Below the pieces are notes generated by a model. That model worked only from the letters and a program-made list of their open reading frames with translations. It made no database searches and was not told where the DNA came from. 64,000 nucleotides of DNA, taken from the NCBI GenBank assembly GCA_049967475.1, contig JBMFSQ010000001.1, forward strand, positions 150,600 through 214,599, in the 5' to 3' direction. Source of the DNA: Chthonomonadales bacterium (GTDB taxonomy: Bacteria; Armatimonadota; Chthonomonadetes; Chthonomonadales; CAJBBX01). Positions 28,405 to 37,915 of this stretch are shown piece after piece. The translations under genes and the position numbers were made by a program. Position 1 is the first letter of the stretch. Every line of letters starts with the position of its first letter.

Positions 28405-29562
28405 GTGAAGCGGATCGTGGTGCTGGGTTCTTCAGGCTCCATCGGGACACAGGTGCTGGATATTGTAAACCGGCTGCCCGATCGGCTGAAGGTGGTAGGT
28501 TTGGCGGCCTATTCCAACGCGGATGTGCTCGCACGCCAGGCAGCAGAATTCTCGGTGCCTTATGTGTGCATCGGCAGCGCTCATTACGGCGAAGAGATAT
28601 TGGGAAGCCTAGCACGGCGGAACACCCAAGTGCTCTACGGCGTCGAAGGGATGTGCGCCCTGGCTTCTCTGCCCGAGGCGGACCTGGTAGTCGTAGCTGT
28701 GGCGGGGGCAGTGGGTATCAAGCCAACTCAGGCGGCGATCGCTGCAGGGAAGGAGATCGCCCTTGCCAGCAAGGAAGTTCTGGTGGCCGCAGGAGAGCCT
28801 ACCATGCGGCTCGCTCGGGAGCACGGAGTGGCAATTCGCCCAATCGATTCGGAGCACTCGGCCCTGTTTCAGTGTTTACAGGGTGCGCCGGACGGATCGG
28901 TAGAGAGGTTGTACCTTACGGCGTCCGGAGGCCCCTTTCGAACGACCTCTGCCGAGGCATTGGCTTCCGTTACCCCCGAGGAAGCGCTGAAGCATCCCAC
29001 GTGGAATATGGGAGGATTGGTCACGATCAACTCTGCGACGTTGATGAACAAGGGGCTGGAGATCATCGAGGCGCACTGGCTCTTTGGGATCCCCATCAGC
29101 GCCATTGAAGTGGTGGTGCATCCCCAGTCCATCATTCATTCGATGGTGCGCTTCCGCGATGGTTCGCTCCTTGCCCAACTCGGCTTGCCCGACATGCGGC
29201 TTCCCATCCAGTATGCGCTTCTCTATCCCGAGCGGCTGGATGCCCGCCTTCCGCGGTTGGATCCGGTGCAGATGGGCGCCCTGACCTTCGAGGCGATGGA
29301 TGCGCGGCGGTTTCCGGCAGTTGAACTGGCCCGCAAGGCAGCCGGGATCGGCGGGACTATGCCTGCCGTCATGAACGCCGCCAATGAGGAGGCGGTGGGT
29401 CTGTTTTTGGATCGGCAGATTCCGTTTACTGGTATTATGGAAGTAGTGGAAAGAGTAATGGAGCTCCACGAGCCTCTCGAGCCGACCTACGAGAATGTGC
29501 TGGAGGCGGATGCGTGGGCGCGGCAAGCGGCTCGAAGAACGGGGCGGTTAGGGCAGGGATAG
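28405..29562 (+). CDS. dxr: 1-deoxy-D-xylulose-5-phosphate reductoisomerase
   Basis: LGSSGSIG, PIDSEHSA, LTASGGPF, HPTWNMG, NKGLE. Confidence 0.97.
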   Translation: MKRIVVLGSSGSIGTQVLDIVNRLPDRLKVVGLAAYSNADVLARQAAEFSVPYVCIGSAHYGEEILGSLARRNTQVLYGVEGMCALASLPEADLVVVAVAGAVGIKPTQAAIAAGKEIALASKEVLVAAGEPTMRLAREHGVAIRPIDSEHSALFQCLQGAPDGSVERLYLTASGGPFRTTSAEALASVTPEEALKHPTWNMGGLVTINSATLMNKGLEIIEAHWLFGIPISAIEVVVHPQSIIHSMVRFRDGSLLAQLGLPDMRLPIQYALLYPERLDARLPRLDPVQMGALTFEAMDARRFPAVELARKAAGIGGTMPAVMNAANEEAVGLFLDRQIPFTGIMEVVERVMELHEPLEPTYENVLEADAWARQAARRTGRLGQG

Positions 29563-29598
29563 CAGCTCGTCAAGGCGCAGATAAGGATAAGGGTTATC

Positions 29599-30969
29599 GT
29601 GGCAGACGTTATCAAAGGCATCGCATCGCTCATCGTGATCTTGTCCGTGCTGGTGATCGTGCACGAATGGGGGCACTTCATCGTCGCCAAGCTTTGCGGC
29701 ATGCGCGTCGAGGACTTTTCGCTGTTTTTCGGCAAGGTGCTTGTGCGCTTGGGAGTGCGCAACGGCACGGCCTACCACATTCGTGCCATTCCCTTAGGAG
29801 GCTTCGTGCGCATCGCGGGTATGGAACCCGAAGATATGGCGGGCGGCCGCAACATTCTGGAAGCAATCCGGTCCTTGCCGCTCCATGACCGCGACGAGGT
29901 GCTGCGCCGGCTGAAACGCCTCGATGCCGAGACGATGGCGGGGCTCGATGCAACACGCGTGTCCGCCCATGTGCTGGAAGTCCTTCAAGGGGCGGTGACC
30001 GCCGACGGGCGCCTTACGGAGGAGGGGGCGGCAGACCTGAGGGCGCTGCAATCCTCGCCTCAGATTACAGCCGATGACCAGCGCCTCATACAACTGGTGC
30101 TTCACGCCAACCTCCGATCCTCGGATCCGGCATTGTATAGCCAAAAGCCTCTGTGGCAACGTGCGCTGGTGATCTTTGCAGGACCCTTCATGAGCCTCTT
30201 CTTTGGGTACCTCCTTTTCTGCGTGATGGGGATGACGATTGGGCTCCCCAGCATAAACAAACCTCTCACGAACCAGATCACCGTGTCCCAAGACGCGTCG
30301 GTGCCGGCACGAAGAGCCGGTCTGCTGACGGGAGACCGCATCGTGGCCATCAACGGAGTACCCACACCCAATGGCAAGCTGCTTGTGGACCGCATCCATC
30401 ACAGCATCGGCGTCCCTCTGGATCTGACGATTGATCGCAGCGGCCGCCTTTTCCATGTGACCGTAACGCCGCGTGCAGATGTGGTGAAGATGCGGGGGAA
30501 GGACGGGAAGATCACCACGGAGCGAATTGGTCGCATCGGCATTATGCTCAATCCCGTGTATGAGCGCACCGGACCCATCGAGTCCATCAAGGCCGGCACT
30601 TTTTATACCTTTGCCTACGTGGCTCAGCTTCTGGGCCTTTTGGTGGAGGGGCACGCGAGGGATGCCGTGGGAGGGCCTATTCTCATGGGGCAGATGGCTA
30701 CGGCAGCTCAACGGCTAGGCTTTGCCCACCTCTTCGAACTGGCTGCGACGTTCAGCCTGAGTTTGGGCATCATGAACCTCCTGCCCATCCCCATCCTGGA
30801 CGGAGGACATTTGCTGCTCCTTCTGATCGAGAAGGTGCGGCGCAGGAAGCTTTCGGCGCGAGAGGTTTACAAGGCCCAGATGGTGGGACTGGGAATTCTG
30901 GCTTTGCTGGTGTCCTTTGTGATGTATAACGACGTCGTGCGCACCGTGGCCGGCAAGGCGATCCAGTAG
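29599..30969 (+). CDS. rseP: RIP metalloprotease RseP (M50, PDZ)
   Basis: HEWGH, AGP, PDZ (AGLLTGDRIVAING), NLLPIPILDGG; follows dxr. Confidence 0.93.
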   Translation: MADVIKGIASLIVILSVLVIVHEWGHFIVAKLCGMRVEDFSLFFGKVLVRLGVRNGTAYHIRAIPLGGFVRIAGMEPEDMAGGRNILEAIRSLPLHDRDEVLRRLKRLDAETMAGLDATRVSAHVLEVLQGAVTADGRLTEEGAADLRALQSSPQITADDQRLIQLVLHANLRSSDPALYSQKPLWQRALVIFAGPFMSLFFGYLLFCVMGMTIGLPSINKPLTNQITVSQDASVPARRAGLLTGDRIVAINGVPTPNGKLLVDRIHHSIGVPLDLTIDRSGRLFHVTVTPRADVVKMRGKDGKITTERIGRIGIMLNPVYERTGPIESIKAGTFYTFAYVAQLLGLLVEGHARDAVGGPILMGQMATAAQRLGFAHLFELAATFSLSLGIMNLLPIPILDGGHLLLLLIEKVRRRKLSAREVYKAQMVGLGILALLVSFVMYNDVVRTVAGKAIQ

Positions 30970-31043
30970 GATCGGGCTTGGGAACGCCGGCATCGGCAAG
31001 GGGTCCTGCAGCAGAGCCTTTTCACCCCGGTTCTTGGCGCCGC

Positions 31044-33599
31044 CTACCGTATCGTGACCTCGAGCCGCGTTCCCGCGGTCAGGTGTACCTCCGACGTGAA
31101 GCGGATCACCATGCGGCCCTCCCTGCCGCGCGACACCGAAAAGCCTGCAGGCTCGCGCCCCAGGCTTGCCGTAACAGTAGGAGCCGGGACATCCGGCCAC
31201 GGGACCACGAATTCTGTGATGCGCAGGTCGGCTCCGCCCTGAATCCCTAGGGGGTGCGGAGCACTTTGGGTGACTTGGTCCACACGAAGCAGGATGCGCG
31301 TAGTTCGCTGCCCTGGCGCATACTCCATCCAGCCCACGAAGGCGGGCGCAAACACCGGCGCCGAGAGGGAGCTCATTCCCGCGGGAAGGTGCGGCGTAAG
31401 CACGATGCGCCCCGCCGGTAAGTCCATCGTAAGCCCTTCCAGGGCTTGGAAGACGTTCCATGAAGCTGCGGCGCCGAAATAGGATGGGCCCTGGGCGGGC
31501 CGGCCCGTGGCAGGGTCAAAGGTCTTTGGAGCGCCCCAGGGCATGCCCGCGGTGGTCGTAAGCAAGGTGTCCCATTGCTGGAGGAGTTGGAGCGCATCTG
31601 TCGGCCGGTTGCGGTTGGCGGCCGGCACGGCTAGGTACGCAAGGGTCATGGTGGGGCAGGATAGTCCCGGCGTGGGCGCCTTATCCAGGGCTACGAACAG
31701 AGGTGGGGCTGGAAGCTTGGATTGATGGAGCGCGCTGAGCAGTGTGTCTAGTGCGGTGTCGAGGCGCTGCCTGGGCAGGAGGTCGCCTAAATCCTCTGCA
31801 TCGGCAAGGGCTTGGCCTGCGAGCTGCCCGGTGTCTGCGCTCTTCGATGCCTTGGCTCCGAAGCCCCGGCCGTTCCAGAACGTATCCAGGATATCCTTGG
31901 CGAGCGCTTCTGCACGGGTTTGGCACTCTCGAGCGAAAGCGCCGTCGTCCATTCTGTTGGCCATCTGCTCCATGGCGCGAAGGGCTGCGAGAGTGAGGAT
32001 GGCGGGGCGGACCTCGGCCGGGACACGATCCGTGCGAAGATTTGCTTGCATTGCGTGCTTTGCAACGGGGTAGAGCGCGTCCATGAAGCGCTGGTCCGCT
32101 GTGGCTTGGGCGTGGCGCCACACCATGAGGGCAAACGCATCGGCCGTGTCCGGGGCGGAGGGTCCGGAAGCACCAGCAGCGGGCCGGCGAAGGAAGCCAT
32201 CTGCCAGATCGCCTACGCTTTCCGGCAGATTTCCGGCAGGCGTCTGCAGGGACGCGATGCCACCAAGTTCCCACGCATCGAGCTCCGGAAACCAGCACGC
32301 CAGCAGCCACTGATAGAGGGGGCGGTCTGTTGTAGCTCCCAAGCGTCCTGGAGCAGAAAGCGTGGGAAGTACGGTGTAGCGAGGAACCTTTTCGCCCCTG
32401 GTGAGGATTGTATTCGTTGCGAGGGGCGCAGCATCATTAATGAGGCGCTCGGCGAGCCATTTGGGAAGGTTGGAACGAAGGAGCCGTTGCTGCCAATCGT
32501 CGGTGAGTGCTGCAAGGGCAAGGCGGTTCTCGAGAGCATAGCGCGCCACCTGGGCGGCTCCTTGGAAGCTCATCTCGTAATAATGGCCGTATTCCTCACC
32601 GGTGACGGTCCACAATCTGCGTGTGAACCAAGACACGGCGAAGGCGACTTCCCGGGTTTCTCGGTCGCGCAGGGGCAGTTTTACGGCAACTACGCCGGCA
32701 GGGTGCACCGAACCTTCCACACCAGTCCCGCACGATCCGCCGACTGTTCCGTCGGCAGCGAATTGATGCCACCACGCAGGCTGCGAGGCAAGGGAGTTCC
32801 ATGTAGCCTGCGTTACGTGCGCGTCCGGGGCAGAGACGTGGGTCATGAGAGCGTATTCACCCAGCGCGTTGTAGCGGAGGCGGTCTGCAGGCGGCACGGT
32901 GGGTGCGGGAGGGGACGTCATGAGGCAGCCGAAAAACCCGGCCGGCAGAGTGAGGGGCGCAACGAGATTACCTGTGCGGTCGCTGGAGCCGGAGGATCCG
33001 CCGGCCCATCCTACGCCCAGAAAGTTCTCCCACGACAGGGCCAAGGATGCTTCCACCGGTGCACGGGACACGTTCGTCACGCGGAACACGAAGAGCGCTA
33101 CGGGAAGGGCGGAATTCTTCAGATCGTGCGGGATCAGGGGTGAGAAGACCCTGAGCGAGAGGGTCACCGGAAGTTCGCGATCCGGATAGCGAAGAAACGC
33201 CTGTGGGAACAGTCCGCGGTATTCCAGGTTCGCCACCGTGGGCAGGCCGTACGGCTCCGTACGTCGGAGCGAGCGGACTACGATGCGCCCGCCGGCATTC
33301 GTCCATACTGCGGCAAAGCATCCGTTGAGACCGCCTGTAGGGTGAAGCCAGTTGTTGTTGATTGTAGCGTTGATCAACATGCCGTCAGGGCGGAGTTGGA
33401 AGGTGCCGCAGCCGATGGATCCGATGGGCACGCCGGACCCCAGCTCAGGAAGACGAACGGATTGCGTGGAGACCTGGGGCGCTCCGAGAGCTCTAGCGGC
33501 AATGGCCATCGCGGCCAAGGCGGCTCCCCACAATGCGCCGCCCTTGGAGGAGCGTTGGCCATCTTTGGTGATGCGATGCCGCCCGAAGCGGTGCATCAC
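31044..33599 (-). CDS. Secreted GH116 (GBA2)-like protein, catalytic domain appears degenerate
   Basis: SGVPIGSIGCGT, YRGLFPQA, FSPLIPHD..SALPVALF, LSWEN, YGHYY are GH116 N-terminal motifs; FWNG and GQLAGQ in the C-terminal barrel. Confidence 0.75.
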   Translation of the reverse strand: MMHRFGRHRITKDGQRSSKGGALWGAALAAMAIAARALGAPQVSTQSVRLPELGSGVPIGSIGCGTFQLRPDGMLINATINNNWLHPTGGLNGCFAAVWTNAGGRIVVRSLRRTEPYGLPTVANLEYRGLFPQAFLRYPDRELPVTLSLRVFSPLIPHDLKNSALPVALFVFRVTNVSRAPVEASLALSWENFLGVGWAGGSSGSSDRTGNLVAPLTLPAGFFGCLMTSPPAPTVPPADRLRYNALGEYALMTHVSAPDAHVTQATWNSLASQPAWWHQFAADGTVGGSCGTGVEGSVHPAGVVAVKLPLRDRETREVAFAVSWFTRRLWTVTGEEYGHYYEMSFQGAAQVARYALENRLALAALTDDWQQRLLRSNLPKWLAERLINDAAPLATNTILTRGEKVPRYTVLPTLSAPGRLGATTDRPLYQWLLACWFPELDAWELGGIASLQTPAGNLPESVGDLADGFLRRPAAGASGPSAPDTADAFALMVWRHAQATADQRFMDALYPVAKHAMQANLRTDRVPAEVRPAILTLAALRAMEQMANRMDDGAFARECQTRAEALAKDILDTFWNGRGFGAKASKSADTGQLAGQALADAEDLGDLLPRQRLDTALDTLLSALHQSKLPAPPLFVALDKAPTPGLSCPTMTLAYLAVPAANRNRPTDALQLLQQWDTLLTTTAGMPWGAPKTFDPATGRPAQGPSYFGAAASWNVFQALEGLTMDLPAGRIVLTPHLPAGMSSLSAPVFAPAFVGWMEYAPGQRTTRILLRVDQVTQSAPHPLGIQGGADLRITEFVVPWPDVPAPTVTASLGREPAGFSVSRGREGRMVIRFTSEVHLTAGTRLEVTIR

Positions 33600-33602
33600 G
33601 CC

Positions 33603-35018
33603 TTAGCTCTTGCCGGGCGTGGTGGTTTGTGGCGCTGGAGCCGGCGCGGCGCGCTCCACATGGAGGATGTGGCTGGTGCGCCATTCGCGCTTGTGCCACG
33701 TGACGCGCGCATGGAGCACATAGTCGCCGGGCTGCGTGGCAGAGGGGATCACCACAAAGAATTGAGGCCGAATGACGCTATCCTGGTGCTGGGACTCGAA
33801 GCCCTTCTTGTGCCGCCCTTCGATGACCCATCCTGCTGGAACCTGCAATTCTACATCCCCGCGGGTGTACCCCGGCACAGCACATTGGATCTCCACCGTG
33901 ACGCGTTCCTTGTTCTGATCTGAAGGGAAGGCCGGCTCGGGGGATGCACTCATCGTGAGGACGAAGGGTTCCACCACCTGAAAGCTGGCAGTGGCGTGCA
34001 CCGAGCGACCGTTGGCAAGTTCTGCCGAGGCGCTCAATTGGTAGAAGCCCGGCACGGCGGTGTCTGGAAGGCGGCATGAATAGCGAAGTTTGAGGGATTT
34101 GCGGGGATTGACCGGAGGAACATTCGGGTTCCGCTCGGAGAGGAGGATATCCGCAGCTGCTCCGTCCCCCGACCATGCCACCCAGCGTATCGGTATCGGC
34201 TCATCAGAACCGGGGATGAGTTCAAGGGTCGCGTTGAGGGTGCCGCCCGGGATCACACGCTGGTCTTCCAACGTAAGCCTCGGCGACACTCCAGGCGCTC
34301 CCGTGACGCGGGCATCCACCAGATCAACATCCACGAGCAGGTGCGGTTCATAGGGCGGGGTAGGCGTAGGCACTTGCCCGGCCGGCAGGAAGTCCGCCCG
34401 GAAGCCGATGGTGGCATTCGCGCGCGGCATAAGACCGGCAATGCCTTTAGGCACGGCCAGTTCGATTACGTAATTGCTTCCCGTGGCCTTGGCGGCGATC
34501 TGGATTGCTTTCGTGTCTACCACACGGTCGTTCCACACCGGCTGATCCTTGCCGCTGGCTGCATCCAGAATGCGGGCCGTTATCGGGGGCATGACGCCTG
34601 CCGTTACAGGCGCCACCGTGATCTCGAGATTATCCGCGCCCCGTAGCCAGCCGTCGTCGTTGGCGTCTATGTCGAAGATTGCCCAGGCAGGCTGGTCGGT
34701 CTTGGCGGCAATGTAGAGGTAATCGTCATCCCAATTCAGGTATACCGTGCCTGTGACGGGCCCGTCGCTGATGGTGTAGAGCGGGTCCCACTCCCCCTCG
34801 GCGATGATGCCGTCGAGGACAGGGCGCCGCTTGAGGCGTTGGCGGTCGAAGGGGTAGCGGGGCCGCTCCCGGTAGTTCACGGAGAACTGTTTCGGCGCTT
34901 CCTGAGGTTGCGCGGCTGGGGCATTGCCTTCCTGGGCCATTGCAGGCGTCGGGCAGCCAGGCGAACACAAAATCAGTAAAAAGAGGCACAACGAGAGGGC
35001 AGATGAGGCTGACGACAC
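33603..35018 (-). CDS. Secreted protein with CBM9/DOMON-like sugar-binding domain and Ig-like (NEW3-like) domains
   Basis: Signal peptide; PVLDGIIAEGEW..LNWDDDYLYIA..YVIELAVP; LQVPAGW; start set at GTG 35018 (GAGGTG RBS, downstream of the promoter). Confidence 0.65.
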   Translation of the reverse strand: MSSASSALSLCLFLLILCSPGCPTPAMAQEGNAPAAQPQEAPKQFSVNYRERPRYPFDRQRLKRRPVLDGIIAEGEWDPLYTISDGPVTGTVYLNWDDDYLYIAAKTDQPAWAIFDIDANDDGWLRGADNLEITVAPVTAGVMPPITARILDAASGKDQPVWNDRVVDTKAIQIAAKATGSNYVIELAVPKGIAGLMPRANATIGFRADFLPAGQVPTPTPPYEPHLLVDVDLVDARVTGAPGVSPRLTLEDQRVIPGGTLNATLELIPGSDEPIPIRWVAWSGDGAAADILLSERNPNVPPVNPRKSLKLRYSCRLPDTAVPGFYQLSASAELANGRSVHATASFQVVEPFVLTMSASPEPAFPSDQNKERVTVEIQCAVPGYTRGDVELQVPAGWVIEGRHKKGFESQHQDSVIRPQFFVVIPSATQPGDYVLHARVTWHKREWRTSHILHVERAAPAPAPQTTTPGKS

Positions 35019-35053
35019 GACGGCACCTCGCTTCGGGGAGATGATGTGGATAC

Positions 35054-35082
35054 ACTCTAACACGTTTGAGCGAGCGTGTCAA
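35054..35082 (-). promoter_or_regulatory. Sigma70-type promoter
   Basis: TTGACA-N17-TAGAGT on the minus strand, back-to-back with the plus-strand promoter. Confidence 0.65.
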
Positions 35083-35094
35083 GCAGGGCGGAGT

Positions 35095-35123
35095 TTGACA
35101 TGGAGCCCTGCAGCCGCTATAAT
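35095..35123 (+). promoter_or_regulatory. Perfect-consensus sigma70 promoter
   Basis: TTGACA-N17-TATAAT. Confidence 0.85.
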
Positions 35124-35149
35124 TCCCCAGGTATGACATTTCATCGTCT

Positions 35150-36436
35150 ATGATCAAATACCTTACCGAACTCCTGGGCCGTCGCGTTGTGGATGCCGAC
35201 GGTATCGCCCTTGGCCGAGTGTCGGAGGCTATCGCCGAGCAGGGTAACCGCTTCCCGGCAGTTGCGGCCCTCGGTGTGCGCACGGCAAGCGGGGTACTTT
35301 GGGTTCCCTTCGCGGTCGTAGATACCAGTAATCCCGTCTTTCGCCTTCGGGTGCGCCGGGATGAACTCGTACCCTATGAGCCCAAAGAAGGAAGCCTGTA
35401 CCTTCGGCGCGACATTCTGGATAAGCAGATTGTTGACGTCCACGATTACCGCGTGGTGCGCGTCAACGACGTGCGCCTGGCACCCTGCGGGGATCGCCTG
35501 TGCGTGATCGGCGTGGATGCGGGCTTCCGGGCCCTGGTACGGCGCGCGGGTATCGGGCCGGTGGTGGAAGCCCTGGCGCGCCTGGTGGGCAGGCCGCTGC
35601 AAGCGAACCTCATCGGTTGGGACGATGTGGAAACGTTCGAGCCTGATGCTGCGGGCGGAGGGCGCATCAGGCTCAAGGTTCCCCATGAGAAGATCTCCCG
35701 CCTTCATCCTGCAGATATCGCCGACATCGTGGAGCAGCTCGATCCTCAGCAGCGTACGGAGGTCATCGAGGCGCTGGATGTAGAGACTGCCGCCGATACC
35801 ATCGAGGAGATGGAGGACGAAGAGGCGGCTCAGGTTATGGCGGCCCTGAAGGAGGAGAAGGCTGCCGACATCCTCGAAGAAATGGATCCCGATGAAGCTG
35901 CGGACGTGTTGGGAGATCTCTCCAACAGCCGGACCGAGGAACTTCTGGAACATATGGCGCCCGAGGTTGCAGCCGACGTAAAAGAGCTCATCGGATATGA
36001 TGAGGAGACCGCCGGCGGCCTCATGACGCCGGAGTTCATCGCCATTCCCGGCCATCTCACTGCCGCACAGACTATTGAGAGGCTCAGAGAGCTTGCTCCC
36101 AAGGCGGAGACCATCTACTACGTGTACGTGGTGGACGAAGACGGGCATCTTGCCGGCGTCATCTCCCTCAGGGATCTTATCGTAGCCGACCCCGACACGC
36201 CGATCCAGGACGTCATGGTACGGAATGTGCGCTACGCCCACACGAGTGACCATGCGGACGACGTGGCTCAGGTGATCAGCCGTTACAACCTTCTCGCTCT
36301 GCCGGTGGTAGATGAGGATCATGTGCTCCAGGGGATCATCACGGTGGATGACATCATGGAGCGACTTGCGCCGCCCGAGCGCCGGCGAAAGCTGCCGCAG
36401 GTGGCCGTAGAAGAAGAGCCCCAGAGGCAGCAATAG
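35150..36436 (+). CDS. MgtE intracellular-domain protein (PRC-barrel + MgtE_N + CBS pair), no TM domain
   Basis: DILDKQIVD..VVRVND, LHPADIADI, MDPDEAAD, ETAGGLMTPE, GIITVDD; ends right after the CBS pair. Confidence 0.88.
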   Translation: MIKYLTELLGRRVVDADGIALGRVSEAIAEQGNRFPAVAALGVRTASGVLWVPFAVVDTSNPVFRLRVRRDELVPYEPKEGSLYLRRDILDKQIVDVHDYRVVRVNDVRLAPCGDRLCVIGVDAGFRALVRRAGIGPVVEALARLVGRPLQANLIGWDDVETFEPDAAGGGRIRLKVPHEKISRLHPADIADIVEQLDPQQRTEVIEALDVETAADTIEEMEDEEAAQVMAALKEEKAADILEEMDPDEAADVLGDLSNSRTEELLEHMAPEVAADVKELIGYDEETAGGLMTPEFIAIPGHLTAAQTIERLRELAPKAETIYYVYVVDEDGHLAGVISLRDLIVADPDTPIQDVMVRNVRYAHTSDHADDVAQVISRYNLLALPVVDEDHVLQGIITVDDIMERLAPPERRRKLPQVAVEEEPQRQQ

Positions 36437-36501
36437 GCCGCGCACTGCGGGCTTGTCCTCGCCGCATGTGTGCCGAGGCCGGCGTTAACCGAGTTCCGTT
36501 C

Positions 36502-37743
36502 ATGGCAATGGAGCATGCTGAAGCCCCCAAGCCCTCCATCGGCGGCTTGGCTGTAACCCTGGTGGGGTTAGCTGTGCTGCTGGTGGTCCCCATGCTCGCC
36601 TGGCAACGTACCGAGAGCATCCGCGAGCGCATCGAGGAGGATGTAGACCCGGCCCGCCACCGCATCGGCATTGCCATCGAGACGGCGAACCGGGCCAGAA
36701 GCGTAGCCTTCTACTATCTTTTCACACGCGATCGGGAATATGCGCTGCGGTACGCGGATCTCGTAACCGAATGGCGCCGCTGGAGCGCCGATGATGCGCG
36801 CATCGCCCGATGCGGCCCCGAAGTAGAGCACGCCTGGCGCGCAGGCACGGGAGAGCTGAACCTTTGGTTTGCCCGTTACGGTAGCGAGTACATTCGCACG
36901 GGCCGGCACAGAAACCTTCCCGAGGCGGACCGGCAGTTTCTGCGCGGAGAAGCCCTGTTGGCCTCAGCGCGCACGCAGGCAGACAAGCTTTCCCTTCTGC
37001 TCCGGAGCCGTGCTGGGTCGGTAAGCCACGCAGAAGTCGCCGTGAGCGCCGCCATGGCGATGATCAGCTTGCTCGTGGCAGCCTTCGCTTGGGAGGATGC
37101 CCGTAGCCGCCGCGTGCTCTGGATGCGCGAACGAGACGCTGCCGAGAGGCTGAGGCTGGCCGTCCGTGAAATCAACCACCGCGTGAAAAACAACCTGCAA
37201 GTGATTGCCGCCCTGCTGGACATGCACCTCATGGAGGAGGCCGAGGCAGTGCATCGCAGCCGCCTGGAAGAACTTCTACGGCAGGTGCGGGCTATGGCCG
37301 CCGTGCACGAATTCCTTAGCCGGGGGCCTGCCGGAGATCAGGTGCCGGCCGGAGCCGTTCTGGAGCGCCTCGTGGAACTTGCAGGCAAGCCTTGCGGGCT
37401 GGCCGCTAGTGTTCAAAGCGAAAACATCCTTCTCACAATCAAGCAAGCCAACGCCCTGGCCCTCATCGTGAATGAATTGCTCCTAAATGCTTCAAAGCAT
37501 GGGGCCACGGCGGTTCGAGTGAGGCTCCAAGACGGCGCCGGCCACGTCCGCCTGACGGTGGGTGACAATGGCCCAGGCTTCGAGCCGGGCTTCGAAATGG
37601 CAAAGGATGCTGCCGTAGGTCTTTCCCTGGTGCGAACCCTTGCCGAGCATGATCTGCGTGGAGAGCTCCACCTGTACAACGATGGCGGCGCCGTGGTGGA
37701 GGTGTCGTTTCCACTGGTGAGGCGCGAAGGAATGGGCGCTTAG
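36502..37743 (+). CDS. Membrane sensor histidine kinase (HisKA_2 type)
   Basis: Two TM helices; EINHRVKNNLQVI; NELLLNASKH; DNGPG; GLSLV. Confidence 0.9.
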   Translation: MAMEHAEAPKPSIGGLAVTLVGLAVLLVVPMLAWQRTESIRERIEEDVDPARHRIGIAIETANRARSVAFYYLFTRDREYALRYADLVTEWRRWSADDARIARCGPEVEHAWRAGTGELNLWFARYGSEYIRTGRHRNLPEADRQFLRGEALLASARTQADKLSLLLRSRAGSVSHAEVAVSAAMAMISLLVAAFAWEDARSRRVLWMRERDAAERLRLAVREINHRVKNNLQVIAALLDMHLMEEAEAVHRSRLEELLRQVRAMAAVHEFLSRGPAGDQVPAGAVLERLVELAGKPCGLAASVQSENILLTIKQANALALIVNELLLNASKHGATAVRVRLQDGAGHVRLTVGDNGPGFEPGFEMAKDAAVGLSLVRTLAEHDLRGELHLYNDGGAVVEVSFPLVRREGMGA

Positions 37744-37841
37744 CCGGTGGCGCTAAGGGGTTGGCAGCGGATCTTGCACACTGTGCGGCACGGTGAAGGC
37801 CGGCGAATGGTGTCCCTACCCCATCATCCCAAAACCCTGAG

Positions 37842-37869
37842 GGAGGGCCACAGCCCGTGTTGCACGAAT
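37842..37869 (+). promoter_or_regulatory. Sigma-H-like promoter motif
   Basis: GGAGGG-N18-GAAT, 46 nt upstream of ATG 37916. Confidence 0.5.
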
Positions 37870-37915
37870 TAGCCTCACGGAGTGTTCCAGCAGGAGAAAG
37901 GAGCGGAGGACTGAG

